Below are positions 18,468 through 28,209 of a DNA stretch of 64,000 nt, in pieces; position 1 is the first letter of the stretch; every line of letters starts with the position of its first letter. The stretch is from an uncultured Actinomycetota bacterium. GTDB taxonomy: Bacteria > Actinomycetota > Actinomycetes > Mycobacteriales > Micromonosporaceae. Made by a program: the position numbers and the translations under genes. The notes beneath the pieces were generated by a model that saw only the letters and a list, made by a program, of their open reading frames with translations, was not told the DNA's origin and made no database searches. The stretch covers positions 484,713-548,712 of the forward strand of contig CAWFFM010000001.1 in NCBI GenBank assembly GCA_963815125.1, written 5' to 3'.

Positions 18468-19346
18468 TCAGCTACTCTTCCCCGCGGCCTGCGAGGCTGC
18501 GGCGCTCGGCGCGAGATCGCCCAACGTCAGCGGCCGGGCCGGCGCATCGGGCACCGCGATGGTGGTGCTGATCCGTCCGTCACCGTCCACATGCAACAGT
18601 TCGCCCGAGCTCAGTGGACGCCAGGCGGGATCGTCGTCCATCCGTTCGCTGGCGACCACGACCGCAGCCTGTTCGGCCAGATTCTCCGAGTGCACCTGCA
18701 TGGTGCCGGCCGGACTGACGTGGTGCAGGTGTGCGTCGCCGCGCTGGCCGCCGGGACGGCGTGGGATGACGAAGAGTTGGTGGGTGTCCGGATAGCGCAG
18801 CGCCCACAACTGCGTGGCCGTGGCGAGTACGACATTGAGCGCGTACAGCGGCAGATTGTCGGCCACCCAGCGGGCCGCCCGGGTGATCGCCTCGCCGACA
18901 TCGCCGCCGGTGTCGTCGACGTACCTGGTGATCAGCGCGAAGAAGCGCTCGGAATCGGTCTCGCCGTGCACCAGAGCGCGGTAGTCGCCGAGCTCACGGT
19001 CGAGTTCGGCCAGTCCGCCGATGACACCGTTGTGCGCCATGATGCGGTTCCGTTGGCAGAACGGATGAGTGTTGCGTTTCGCGACGGCTCCGTCGGAGGC
19101 GTACCGGATGTGCGCCACGAAGGTCGCCGCGGTGCGCTTCCTGGCCTCCGAGATGAAGGCGCTGTCCTGGTACGCCGCGACCGGCCACCGCTCCACCACC
19201 GCCGTTCCGGACCCGTCGAAGCTGCCGAGTCCGGTACCGTCCGGCTCCCGATGGCTCTGCGCGACCAGACTGTCCGGCGCGTCCAGCAGCCAGAAGGTGG
19301 CGTTGGTACGGGCCGGGGCACTGGTCATCCCGAACAGTCGGCACAT
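18468..19346 (-). CDS. class II (Ntn-type) glutamine amidotransferase domain protein, YafJ/EgtC-like
   Basis: The internal ATG at 19346 gives MCRLFGM, with the catalytic Cys2 typical of class II amidotransferases. Downstream motifs are HREPDGTGLG and HIRYAS...NTHPF. Confidence 0.75.
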   Translation of the reverse strand: MCRLFGMTSAPARTNATFWLLDAPDSLVAQSHREPDGTGLGSFDGSGTAVVERWPVAAYQDSAFISEARKRTAATFVAHIRYASDGAVAKRNTHPFCQRNRIMAHNGVIGGLAELDRELGDYRALVHGETDSERFFALITRYVDDTGGDVGEAITRAARWVADNLPLYALNVVLATATQLWALRYPDTHQLFVIPRRPGGQRGDAHLHHVSPAGTMQVHSENLAEQAAVVVASERMDDDPAWRPLSSGELLHVDGDGRISTTIAVPDAPARPLTLGDLAPSAAASQAAGKSS

Positions 19347-19368
19347 GGGCGCTCCGGCGCAGTGTCCA

Positions 19369-21240
19369 TCATGGACGAGACCCGGACGGGCCGTCGTTGT
19401 CGCCGGGGTCGGCGGGACGTTGCGGGTTCCCCCGTACCGGTGGTCGGCTGAGCTCTCCCGGTACGGATGCGGTACGGGGGGCCTGGCTGTACGCCGGTCC
19501 GGCCTGGGACCGGGCACCGATCCGGAAGTCTCCGCCCTCCGGCGGCGCCAGCGGGGACGCGCTGCCGGCGGCCAGTTCCGGGAACTTCAGGTCGAAGGCG
19601 GGTCGTTCGCTGCGGATCCGCGGCATCCGGTCGAAGTTGCGCAGCGGCGGCGGGCAACTGGTGGCCCATTCCAGGGCGTTGCCGTAGCCCCAGGGGTCGT
19701 CCACCTCGACGATGGGGCCGGCCTTGTAGGACTTGTACACGTTCCACAGGAACGGCAGCATGGACGCGCCGAGTACGAAGGCGCCGACCGAGGACACCAT
19801 GTTGAGGGCGGTGAACCCGTCGGTGGACAGGTAGTCGGCGTAGCGACGCGGCATGCCCTCGGCGCCGAGCCAGTGCTGCACCAGGAAGGTGGACTGGAAA
19901 CCCACGAAGGTGAGCCAGAAGTGCAGCCTGCCCAACCGTTCGTCGAGCATCCGGCCGGTCATCTTGGGGAACCAGAAGTACACACCGGCATACACCGCGA
20001 ACACGATCGTGCCGAACAGCACGTAGTGGAAGTGCGCCACCACGAAGTACGAATCGGTGACCTGGAAGTCGATCGGCGGGGAGGCCAGCAATACTCCGGA
20101 CAGTCCACCCAGCAGGAAGGTCACCAGGAAGCCGATCGCGAACAGCATCGCCGAGTGGTACGTGATCTGGCCGCGCCACATGGTGCCGATCCAGTTGAAG
20201 AACTTCAGTCCGGTCGGTACCGCGATGAGGAACGACAGGAACGAGAAGAACGGCAGCAGTACCTGGCCGGTGGCGAACATGTGGTGCGCCCACACCGTCA
20301 TGGACAGGGCGGCGATCGCGATCGTGGCGCCGACCATGCCCTTGTAGCCGAACACCGGTTTGCGGCTGAACACCGGGATCACCTCGGTGATGATGCCGAA
20401 GAACGGCAACGCCACGATGTAGACCTCGGGATGACCGAAGAACCAGAACAGGTGCTGCCAGAGCATCGCACCACCGGTACCGGCGTCGAAGACGTGCGCA
20501 TTGAGGATCCGGTCGGCCATCACCGCGGCCAGTGCGGCGGCCAGGATCGGGAACACCATCAGCACCAGCAGGCTGGTGACCAGGATGTTCCAGGTGAAGA
20601 TCGGCATCCGGAACATCGTCATGCCCGGCGCGCGCAGGGTCAGGATCGTGGTGACCATGTTGACGCCGCCGAGGATGGTGCCCAGACCACTGATGGCCAG
20701 TCCCAGATACCACATGTTCTGGCCGAATCCCGGTGAGTCCTGGCCGCTGGCCAGCGGCTGGTACGCGGTCCAGCCGAAGTCGGCCGGTCCGTCGGGGGTC
20801 AGGAAGCCACCCACCACGATGATGCCGCCGAACAGGTACAGCCAGTACGCGAACGCGTTGAGCCGCGGGAAGCTGACGTCCGGTGCGCCGATCTGCAACG
20901 GCACGATGTAGTTGGCGAACGCGAACAGGATCGGGGTCGCGAACAGCAGCAGCATGATCGTGCCGTGCATGGTGAACAACTGGTTGTACTGCTCGCTGCT
21001 GAGGAACTGCATGCCCGGGCGGGCCAGTTCGGCACGCATCAGCATGGCCATTACGCCGGCGATGATGAAGAAGGCGAACGAGGTCACCATGTACATCAGG
21101 CCGATCTGTTTTGCGTCGGTGGTACGCAGCGTCCGCGCGAGCCAGGAGCCTCTGGGCGGTTCGTCCACCGGCCACGGGCTCACCACAATGGGCTGTGGTG
21201 TCTGTGGAGTGCCCGATGGGCGTGGTGCGGTGACGGTCAC
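19369..21240 (-). CDS. ctaD: cytochrome c oxidase (aa3-type) subunit I, stand-alone copy
   Basis: The motifs are [40 protein letters not shown] and HHMF...VPTG. The GTG at 21240 lies 5 nt after GGGAGG. There is a Pro/Gly-rich C-terminal extension of about 70 aa. No ctaC, ctaE or ctaF is adjacent. Confidence 0.92.
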   Translation of the reverse strand: MTVTAPRPSGTPQTPQPIVVSPWPVDEPPRGSWLARTLRTTDAKQIGLMYMVTSFAFFIIAGVMAMLMRAELARPGMQFLSSEQYNQLFTMHGTIMLLLFATPILFAFANYIVPLQIGAPDVSFPRLNAFAYWLYLFGGIIVVGGFLTPDGPADFGWTAYQPLASGQDSPGFGQNMWYLGLAISGLGTILGGVNMVTTILTLRAPGMTMFRMPIFTWNILVTSLLVLMVFPILAAALAAVMADRILNAHVFDAGTGGAMLWQHLFWFFGHPEVYIVALPFFGIITEVIPVFSRKPVFGYKGMVGATIAIAALSMTVWAHHMFATGQVLLPFFSFLSFLIAVPTGLKFFNWIGTMWRGQITYHSAMLFAIGFLVTFLLGGLSGVLLASPPIDFQVTDSYFVVAHFHYVLFGTIVFAVYAGVYFWFPKMTGRMLDERLGRLHFWLTFVGFQSTFLVQHWLGAEGMPRRYADYLSTDGFTALNMVSSVGAFVLGASMLPFLWNVYKSYKAGPIVEVDDPWGYGNALEWATSCPPPLRNFDRMPRIRSERPAFDLKFPELAAGSASPLAPPEGGDFRIGARSQAGPAYSQAPRTASVPGELSRPPVRGNPQRPADPGDNDGPSGSRP

Positions 21241-21344
21241 GCAGACCTCCCGTAACGACCTGGTATCGGCACCGACGATAGTCGTGACCAGCCTTCTGAT
21301 CAGGGTTTCCACCGTTTTGGTCGGCAACACTTGCACACATAGCG

Positions 21345-22334
21345 ATGTGGCCATACATTGGCTGGGTGGCGGTCGACGGTCAGCACTCCGGGCACTCGCA
21401 CACCGTCCGCTCCGACGCGGACCAACGGTGGTTGTGGAGTGCCTTCGGTCTGATCATCGGGTTCATGGCCGTCGAAGTGATCGTCGGTCTGCTGTCCGGC
21501 TCGCTGGCACTGCTCTCCGACGCCGCGCACATGCTGACCGACGCGGCGGCTCTGGTGCTGGCACTGGTCGCGATGCGGCTCGCGGCGCGACCACCCCGCG
21601 GTGGCTTCACCTACGGCTTCCGTCGAGCGGAGATCCTCTCCGCGCAGATCAACGGGCTCACCCTGCTGCTGCTCGCCGGTTGGCTCGGCTACCAGACGAT
21701 CCGACGACTGATCGATCCCGCTGCGGTGGCCGGTGGAGCGGTACTCGCCACCGCGCTGGCCGGCGTCGCGGTCAACCTGGTGGCGACCTGGTTGCTCAGC
21801 CGCGCCAACCGCGGCAGCCTCAACGTACGGGGCGCCTTCCAGCACATCCTCAACGACCTGTTCGCCTTTCTCGCCACCGCGCTGGCCGGACTGGTCATCC
21901 TGCTCACCGGATTCGACCGGGCGGACGGGATCGCCTCCGCCGTCGTGGTCGTACTGATGGTCAAGGGCAGTTTCGGTCTGCTCCGAGACTCCGGGCGGAT
22001 CTTCCTGGAGGCCGCCCCGGCAGGCATGGACACCGGTGCGCTCGGCGAACGACTGGCCACCATCCCCGGCGTGGCCGAGGTACATGACCTGCACGTGTGG
22101 ACCATCACCTCGGGGGAACCGGCGTTGTCCGCGCATGTCCTGGTCGACCCTGGGCACGACTGCCACGAGGTACGGCGCGGCATGGAACGGTTCCTGCGCC
22201 GGGAGTACGAGATCGGGCACACCACTCTGCAGGTCGACCATGTCGACGATCGCGCGGTGAGCCGTGGCGACGCCGAGCCGTACTGCGCCGAGTCGCACGG
22301 TCCGGTACACCGGTCCGGCTCGCTTCCCCGCTGA
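21345..22334 (+). CDS. cation diffusion facilitator (CDF) family divalent-metal efflux transporter (CzcD/ZitB-like)
   Basis: There is a His-rich N-terminus (HSGHSH), the motifs [18 protein letters not shown] and [12 protein letters not shown] in TM2 and TM5, and a C-terminal cytoplasmic domain containing [12 protein letters not shown]. Confidence 0.85.
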   Translation: MWPYIGWVAVDGQHSGHSHTVRSDADQRWLWSAFGLIIGFMAVEVIVGLLSGSLALLSDAAHMLTDAAALVLALVAMRLAARPPRGGFTYGFRRAEILSAQINGLTLLLLAGWLGYQTIRRLIDPAAVAGGAVLATALAGVAVNLVATWLLSRANRGSLNVRGAFQHILNDLFAFLATALAGLVILLTGFDRADGIASAVVVVLMVKGSFGLLRDSGRIFLEAAPAGMDTGALGERLATIPGVAEVHDLHVWTITSGEPALSAHVLVDPGHDCHEVRRGMERFLRREYEIGHTTLQVDHVDDRAVSRGDAEPYCAESHGPVHRSGSLPR

Positions 22335-22470
22335 CGGCGGCAGGCCACTCGGCCCGTCGCGGTCGTCGTCACCATGGTGGCGTTGCTGCTTCTCTCGATG
22401 GGGCCACGCATGGTCGGTTGTTCAGCTGCCTAGGATGCCTAGCTGGTGGTGACCCCACCAACCTTGAGCG

Positions 22471-22507
22471 AAAAGAGTTCAGGCCCTGTCCGAAGACAGG
22501 GCCTGAA
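22471..22507 (-). terminator. intrinsic terminator downstream of tRNA-His
   Basis: A perfect 13-bp stem pairs TTCAGGCCCTGTC (22478-22490) with GACAGGGCCTGAA (22495-22507) around a CGAA loop. On the minus strand it is followed by CTCTTTT. Confidence 0.6.
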
Positions 22508-22527
22508 CTCGAAGCCATCTGCTGCTA

Positions 22528-22604
22528 TGGGGTGACTGATGGGACTTGAACCCACGGCCTACGGGACCACAACCCGTTGCTCTACCAGCTGAGCTACAGC
22601 CACC
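22528..22604 (-). tRNA. tRNA-His (anticodon GTG) with encoded G-1 and 3' CCA
   Basis: The reverse complement is GGTGGCTGTAGCTCAGCTGGTAGAGCAACGGGTTGTGGTCCCGTAGGCCGTGGGTTCAAGTCCCATCAGTCACCCCA. It folds as a cloverleaf. The anticodon loop is TTGTGGT, the extra 5' G pairs with C73, and the T-loop is TTCAAGT. Confidence 0.95.
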
Positions 22605-22660
22605 ACGCGCGCCTGTGTCAGCGTGCGAGTTGATGATAGCGGGTCCCCGGCGGGGGGTGA

Positions 22661-23308
22661 CTACCGGGTTTCGGTCGTGTCGTCGGATGCCGGTACGGAC
22701 TTCGCCGGGTCGGCATCCAGCGAGGCTGCGATGCTCTTGGCGGTCTCCACGTCCGGGCCGGGTGGCGGTACGAAGATCGCCTGCCGGTAGTACGCCAGTT
22801 CGCGGATGCTCTCGCGGATGTCGGCCAGGGCGCGGTGCGCGAGCCCCTTCTGCGGCTGCCCGAAGTAGGCGCGGGGGTACCAGCGGCGGCAGAGTTCCTT
22901 CACCGAGGAGACGTCGATCATCCGGTAGTGCAGGTGGTCGTCCAGCCGGGCCATGTCACGGGCCAGGAATCCGCGGTCGGTAGCGATGGAGTTGCCGCAC
23001 AGCGGCGCGGTCCGCCGCTCCGGCACGTGCCGGGTGATGTAGTCCAGGACGATGTCCTCGGCCTCGCTCATCGACACACTGGAGGCGCGGACCTCCTCGG
23101 TCAGTCCGGACTTGGCGTGCATGTCCCGGACGACCTTGGTCATCGAGTCGAGCAGGGCGTCGTCCGCCTTGATCACCAGGTCGACCCCGTCGCCCAGCAC
23201 GTTGAGTTCCGCGTCGGTGACCAACGCCGCGACCTCGATCAAGGCGTCGCGGCGAAGGTCGAGCCCGGTCATTTCACAGTCGATCCAGACGAGGTGGTGT
23301 GCGCTCAC
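22661..23308 (-). CDS. orn: oligoribonuclease (DEDDh 3'-5' exoribonuclease)
   Basis: The motifs are [27 protein letters not shown] and [11 protein letters not shown], plus the H..DI.ES motif ([14 protein letters not shown]). Confidence 0.9.
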   Translation of the reverse strand: MSAHHLVWIDCEMTGLDLRRDALIEVAALVTDAELNVLGDGVDLVIKADDALLDSMTKVVRDMHAKSGLTEEVRASSVSMSEAEDIVLDYITRHVPERRTAPLCGNSIATDRGFLARDMARLDDHLHYRMIDVSSVKELCRRWYPRAYFGQPQKGLAHRALADIRESIRELAYYRQAIFVPPPGPDVETAKSIAASLDADPAKSVPASDDTTETR

Positions 23309-23318
23309 ACCGGTAAGA

Positions 23319-23687
23319 CTATGCGCTCGAGGATTGTTGCGTCCGCTCCAGCAGTACCTCCTTGAGGACCTCGGCCTGGCTGTGGTCGGGATCCTTGGTG
23401 GCCGTGAGCAGGGTCAGGCTGCCCGAGCGGGCGAGCTCGGCGAGCCGGTCCACTCCTTCCGCACGGATCGCGGCGGTGAGCTCCTCGCGGTACCGGCGGG
23501 CGAATTCGGGAAACCTCTCCGGAATGTGTGCGTACCACATGCGCAGCGCGTCGGACGGCGCCACTCCCTTCTCCCATTCGAAGTCTGCGGCCTCCTTCTC
23601 CAGGCCACGCGGCCACAGCCGGTCCACCAGGACCCGCTTCCCGTCGGTGTCGGCGGCGTCGTCGTAGACGCGTTTGATGGCGATCAT
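23319..23687 (-). CDS. DUF488 family protein
   Basis: [29 protein letters not shown]...W.K..APS..LR.W is the characteristic DUF488 N-terminal pattern. The protein is 122 aa. Confidence 0.75.
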   Translation of the reverse strand: MIAIKRVYDDAADTDGKRVLVDRLWPRGLEKEAADFEWEKGVAPSDALRMWYAHIPERFPEFARRYREELTAAIRAEGVDRLAELARSGSLTLLTATKDPDHSQAEVLKEVLLERTQQSSSA

Positions 23688-23844
23688 GGTTCGATCGTGC
23701 GCCGCCGGACCGGTGGATGTTGCCGGAATCGGTCGGATCGTAGTGGTCAGATTGCGCTGTCAGCGGATCCGCTGCCGGTGAACAGGGCGTCCGGCGCGCG
23801 AGGTTCGGGACCACCATCGACCTTGACGGCACATCACGAGGAGA

Positions 23845-24852
23845 GTGATCGGATTGCGCACGCTGGTACTCGGCGGAACGGTGTTTCTGTCCCGGGCAGT
23901 CGCCACGGCCGCACGCGACGCCGGGCACGAGGTGGTCTGCCTGGCGCGGGGGATCTCCGGATCGGTGCCCGACGGTGTCCGGCATGTCCGGGCCGACCGC
24001 GACGGACCGGACGCCTACCGGGAGTTGACCGGTCACTTCGACGCTGTCGTGGAGGTGTCGAACTCGCCGATCCAGGTGCGGGCGGCGCTCGCGGCGTTGG
24101 GGGAGCGGGCCGGGCACTGGAGCTATGTGTCGACCTGCAATGTGTACGCCGATCACGGCACGCCCGACCAGCGCGCCGACGATGCCGCCGTACTCGCGCC
24201 GACCGACGAGGACGGTGACGATCCGGACCTCTACGGCGCCCGTAACGTCGCCTGCGAGCTGGCGGTGCGCGACGCGATGGGGCCCGAGCGGACCTTCCGC
24301 TGCAGACCGGGGCTGATCGTGGGACCCGGCGATCGGTATGTCCGGTTCCGCTACTGGCCGGCGAGGTTGGCCCGCGGCGGGGAGATCCTCGCGCCTGGCA
24401 GTCCGGATCAGCGGGTGCAGCTGGTCGACGTACGAGACCTGGCCGACTGGCTCGTGCGGGCCGGCGAGCAGGGCCTGGCCGGCACGTACGACGCGGTCTG
24501 CGCGCCGATGCCGATGGAGGAACTGCTGCGCCGGGTCGGCGCGGGCGTCGGTACGCCGGATCCGCAACTCACCTGGGTCGGGCAGGACTTCCTCACCGAG
24601 CAGGGCGTGCAACCGTGGGGCGGACCGCGGTCACTTCCGCTGTGGCTACCGCTGCCGGAGTACGCGGGGTTCGCCACCCGCGATGTGCGCCGGTCACTGA
24701 CCGACGGACTGGCGATCCGGGACTTTGCCGAGACCGCGCGCGACACGTTGGCCTGGGAGCGGGCGGAGCGGCCGGCCCGGAGCCCGAAGGACGGTGGGAT
24801 CGACGCCGAGGACGAGGTTGCACTGCTCGCGGCCTGGCACGCCCGTAGCTGA
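23845..24852 (+). CDS. NAD(P)-dependent epimerase/dehydratase-type SDR family protein
   Basis: There is a Rossmann motif (LVLGGTVFLSRAVATAARDAGHEVVCLARG). The GTG start lies after GAGGAGAG. Confidence 0.7.
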   Translation: MIGLRTLVLGGTVFLSRAVATAARDAGHEVVCLARGISGSVPDGVRHVRADRDGPDAYRELTGHFDAVVEVSNSPIQVRAALAALGERAGHWSYVSTCNVYADHGTPDQRADDAAVLAPTDEDGDDPDLYGARNVACELAVRDAMGPERTFRCRPGLIVGPGDRYVRFRYWPARLARGGEILAPGSPDQRVQLVDVRDLADWLVRAGEQGLAGTYDAVCAPMPMEELLRRVGAGVGTPDPQLTWVGQDFLTEQGVQPWGGPRSLPLWLPLPEYAGFATRDVRRSLTDGLAIRDFAETARDTLAWERAERPARSPKDGGIDAEDEVALLAAWHARS

Positions 24853-24965
24853 GACCTGACGTGACCGCGGGCAATCTCCTTCTTGACCCCTCCGACTGAA
24901 TGAAGGTAATTTCCGCAGGTACCGGGCCGGACGTGCCGGCCGGTGGTGAGGATCCGGTGGTGTCG

Positions 24966-26279
24966 ATGTCTCTGAAGCGACGTGCGTTTCTGTCCGCGGT
25001 GACCGGATCGGCGGCCGTCGGTGCGGCCGGGGCGGTGCTGTCGGGTGCCGTGCCGGCCGCCGCGGACAGCACCCGGGGCCGACCCCGGCGCAAGGTCCGT
25101 ACCGGGCTGGAGTCGTTGATCGACGACGGTTGGCGGGCGTTGGCGGGCAGCAAGGTCGGTGTGGTGTCCAACCCGACCGGGGTCGACGCGCAGTATCGGC
25201 ACGCGGTGGACCTGATGGCCGCCGACGGCACGGTCGACGTGGTGGGTGTCTTCGGTCCGGAGCACGGGTTCCGGGGCTCGGCGCAGGCCGGCGACTCGGA
25301 GGGCACCAGTACCGATCCGCGTACCGGGCTGACCGTCTACGACGCCTACGGCGCCACCCAGAGCAAGTGGGCGGAGCTGTTCCGTACCGCCGGGGTGGAG
25401 ACCGTGGTCTATGACATCCAGGACGTCGGCGCCCGCTTCTACACCTACATCTGGACGCTGTACGACTCGATGGTGGCGGCCGCCCGGCTCGGCCTGCGCT
25501 ACGTCGTACTGGACCGACCGAACCCGTGCGGTGGTCGGGCCTACGGGCCGATGATGACCGCGGGCTACGAGTCGGGTGTCGGCAAGAAGGAGATCGTCCA
25601 GCAGCACGGCATGACCACCGGTGAACTGGCCCGGTTCTACAACGGCGAATTCCTGCCCGCCGACGCGGGTCGACCGGTGGATCTGCAGGTCGTGCAGGTG
25701 CAGGGCTGGAGCACCGATCAGCTCGGCACCGACCTGCCCGACCTGCCCTGGGTGCTTCCCAGCCCGAACATGCCCACCCAGTACACGGCGCTGGTCTACC
25801 CCGGAACCTGCATGTTCGAGGGCACGAACATCTCCGAGGGTCGCGGCACCACCCGCCCGTTCGAGCTGATCGCGGCGCCGTTCCTGGACTACCACTGGGG
25901 TGACCGGCTGAACGCGCTGGAGCTGCCGGGTGTGCGCTTCCGGGAGGCGTACACCACCCCGACGTTCAGCAAGTATTCCGGAACGTTGTGCAACGGCCTG
26001 CAGGTCGAGGTGGCCGATCCGGGCGTGTTCGACCCCGTCCGGACCGCGGTGGCGATGTTGATCGAAGCGCACCGCTACGACGGGTTCGAATGGCGCTACG
26101 ATTCGTACGATCCGCAACGGCCGTACTGGATCGACAAGCTCACCGGATCGACCCGGCTTCGCACCATGATCAACGCCGGGGCGGATCTGGCCGAGGTCGT
26201 CGGGGCCTGGTCTCAGGAACTGGCCGACTTCCGTTCGCGTCGGCACCGCTACCTGCTGTACCGAGGTCCGGGACGGTGA
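24966..26279 (+). CDS. DUF1343 / NamZ-family exo-beta-N-acetylmuramidase-like protein with a Tat-type signal
   Basis: The internal ATG at 24966 gives MSLKRRAFLSAVTGSAAVGAAGAVLSGAVPAAA, a twin-arginine signal. The segments VGVVSNPTGVD, FGPEHGFRGSAQAG and YDIQDVGARFYTYIWT are typical of DUF1343. Confidence 0.75.
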   Translation: MSLKRRAFLSAVTGSAAVGAAGAVLSGAVPAAADSTRGRPRRKVRTGLESLIDDGWRALAGSKVGVVSNPTGVDAQYRHAVDLMAADGTVDVVGVFGPEHGFRGSAQAGDSEGTSTDPRTGLTVYDAYGATQSKWAELFRTAGVETVVYDIQDVGARFYTYIWTLYDSMVAAARLGLRYVVLDRPNPCGGRAYGPMMTAGYESGVGKKEIVQQHGMTTGELARFYNGEFLPADAGRPVDLQVVQVQGWSTDQLGTDLPDLPWVLPSPNMPTQYTALVYPGTCMFEGTNISEGRGTTRPFELIAAPFLDYHWGDRLNALELPGVRFREAYTTPTFSKYSGTLCNGLQVEVADPGVFDPVRTAVAMLIEAHRYDGFEWRYDSYDPQRPYWIDKLTGSTRLRTMINAGADLAEVVGAWSQELADFRSRRHRYLLYRGPGR

Positions 26280-26289
26280 GCTTTACTTA

Positions 26290-27342
26290 TTGACAGTGCC
26301 GGGGGTCTGGTGTGGGCTTACCGGAATGCCCGGAAGTTCCCGGAGGTCCTGGCCGGGAGTGCTTGCCCTGTCCCTGACAACGAAAGTACGTTCGCCAGTG
26401 TCGAAGAATGCGAAGGGTGCCGCGATCCGCGACGGCAGGTCCGCGTCCGGCCCGGTCGGCGAGCAGGCCGGGCTGATCGTCCATGTCACCGGCCTGCTGC
26501 CTTCGCTGTCGCCGGCCGAGCAGCGGGTGGCCCGCCTGGTCACCGCCGATCCGGCGGCGGCCGCCCGGCAGACCATCACCGAGTTGGCCAGCGCCGCGGG
26601 CACCTCTGAGGCCACCGTCATCCGGTTCTGTCGTTCGGTGGGCATGGCGGGCTATCCGCAGCTGCGGATCCGGCTCGCCGCCGAGGCCGCCCGTCGGATC
26701 GAGCCGCCGGATGCCCGGGTGGTCGGTGGGGACATCCCGCCGGGTGCCGACATGGCCCAGATCGTGGCGACCATTGCCTTCAACGACGCCCGAGCGGTCG
26801 AGGAGACCGCCGAGCAACTGGACGTGGACGCCTGCGAGCGGGCCGTCGCGGCACTGGCGTCGGCGGGCCGGGTGGACGTGTTCGGGGTGGGTGCGAGCGG
26901 GTTCGTGGCCGCCGACTTCCAGCAGAAGCTGCACCGGATCGGCCGCACCGCCTTCTACTGGCCGGACACCCACACGGCGCTGACCAGTGTGGCCCTGTTG
27001 GGCAAGGGTGATGTGGCCTTCGGCATCTCGCACACGGGTACGACCAGCGACTGCGTCGACGTGCTCGCCCGCGCCCAGTCGCAGGGCGCCACCACGATCG
27101 TGCTGACCAACTTCCCGCGCTCTCCGGTCGCCGACGTGGCCGATCTGGTCCTCACCACCGCTGCTCGGGAGACGACCTACCGGTCCGGTGCCATGGCCAG
27201 CCGTCTGGCTCAGCTGACCGTGGTGGACTGCCTGTTCGTCGGGATCGCGGCCCGCAACCGGACCAGGACCCGACGCAATCTGGAGGCCACCGCCGAGGCG
27301 GTACGGTCCCGCCGCAGTACCGCGCCACGCCGGAAGGGCTGA
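26290..27342 (+). CDS. MurR/RpiR family transcriptional regulator (HTH_6 plus SIS domain)
   Basis: LSPAEQRVARLVTADPAAAARQTITELASAAGTSEATVIRFCRSVGMAGYPQLRIRLA is an RpiR-type HTH. A SIS domain follows (VDVFGVGASGFVAADFQQKL, GISHTGTTSD). The true start is probably downstream of 26290, for example the GTG near 26398, and remains unresolved. Confidence 0.8.
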   Translation: MTVPGVWCGLTGMPGSSRRSWPGVLALSLTTKVRSPVSKNAKGAAIRDGRSASGPVGEQAGLIVHVTGLLPSLSPAEQRVARLVTADPAAAARQTITELASAAGTSEATVIRFCRSVGMAGYPQLRIRLAAEAARRIEPPDARVVGGDIPPGADMAQIVATIAFNDARAVEETAEQLDVDACERAVAALASAGRVDVFGVGASGFVAADFQQKLHRIGRTAFYWPDTHTALTSVALLGKGDVAFGISHTGTTSDCVDVLARAQSQGATTIVLTNFPRSPVADVADLVLTTAARETTYRSGAMASRLAQLTVVDCLFVGIAARNRTRTRRNLEATAEAVRSRRSTAPRRKG

Positions 27343-27403
27343 CCCGGCCACGGGACATTTCCCCAGGTCATCACCTCCGGATTAGTCCTTATGCCTGAGC
27401 CAT

Positions 27404-27417
27404 CCGGATATATCCGG
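27404..27417. promoter_or_regulatory. perfect 14-bp palindrome CCGGATATATCCGG with an extra TCCGGAT half-site at 27376-27382, candidate operator
   Basis: The palindrome was read directly from the sequence. It lies in the 232-nt gap between the murR-like gene and the DUF4232 lipoprotein gene. Confidence 0.35.
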
Positions 27418-27574
27418 TTAAGCTGAGCGTGCTTCGGGAAGAATCGGACGAGAAGCCGGAAGACCTCTGCGGGGGTGGGTCCCGGGTCCTCGATCGAGCG
27501 GAGGGACGACGATGCGGCCACGCAACCGACAGCAGGGTGACCGGGACGCATGTGGGCCGCACAGGCCAGCGGGT

Positions 27575-28162
27575 ATGCACCGTACCGGCGTGCTGTGCGT
27601 GGCGCTGCTCAGTGTGGCCGCGGTTGCGACCGGCTGCGCGAAGAGCGGACACGATCCGTCAGGGTCGTCGACCAGGGTCGCGGACGCTTCGGCGGCCTCT
27701 TCGGGCGCGGTGACCTCGGCAGGATCCGGCCGGTGCCACACCGGTGGTCTGAAGGTCGCCATCCGTTCGCTGGGTGCGGCGGCCGGACACCACTACGCCG
27801 CGCTGGAGTTCACCAACACCAGCAACTCCACCTGCCGGGTCTACGGTTTCCCCGGCATGCAACTGCTGTCCGCACAGGGACACAAGGTCGCCACCAAGGT
27901 GGTACGCGATCCTGCTACCAAGCCGAAGCTGGTGACGTTGAAGGCGGGCGCCACCGCGTGGGCGCGTACCGACTGGGGGGCGATCCCGACCTCGGGTGAG
28001 CCGCAGACCGGCTCATGCGAGTCGCCCGCCGCCTCCACCGAGGTGACCCCGCCGGATGAGACCGCGCACCGGATCGTGCACTGGTCGTACGGACCGGTCT
28101 GCCAACGTGGCCGCATCGTGGTGTCCGCGCTGGCGCCGGGACGTGGGCCGGCCGCCAGCTGA
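27575..28162 (+). CDS. DUF4232-like secreted lipoprotein
   Basis: The internal ATG at 27575 gives MHRTGVLCVALLSVAAVATGC, which contains a lipobox (ATGC). The mature part contains C..GGL.V, HHYAALEFTNTSNSTCRVYGFPGMQL and the G..A.A...W pattern typical of DUF4232. Confidence 0.65.
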   Translation: MHRTGVLCVALLSVAAVATGCAKSGHDPSGSSTRVADASAASSGAVTSAGSGRCHTGGLKVAIRSLGAAAGHHYAALEFTNTSNSTCRVYGFPGMQLLSAQGHKVATKVVRDPATKPKLVTLKAGATAWARTDWGAIPTSGEPQTGSCESPAASTEVTPPDETAHRIVHWSYGPVCQRGRIVVSALAPGRGPAAS

Positions 28163-28209
28163 GCTGGGGCCGACCCCGGGCCGACCGGACGGGTCGACGG
28201 GGACTTCGG

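Noticed and set aside
22335-22660. tRNA-His as a possible integration hotspot for a genomic island.
   Set aside because: There is no integrase, no duplicated 3' tRNA segment (att-like direct repeat) and no compositional break visible on either side. The orn-tRNA-His adjacency looks like ordinary conserved synteny.
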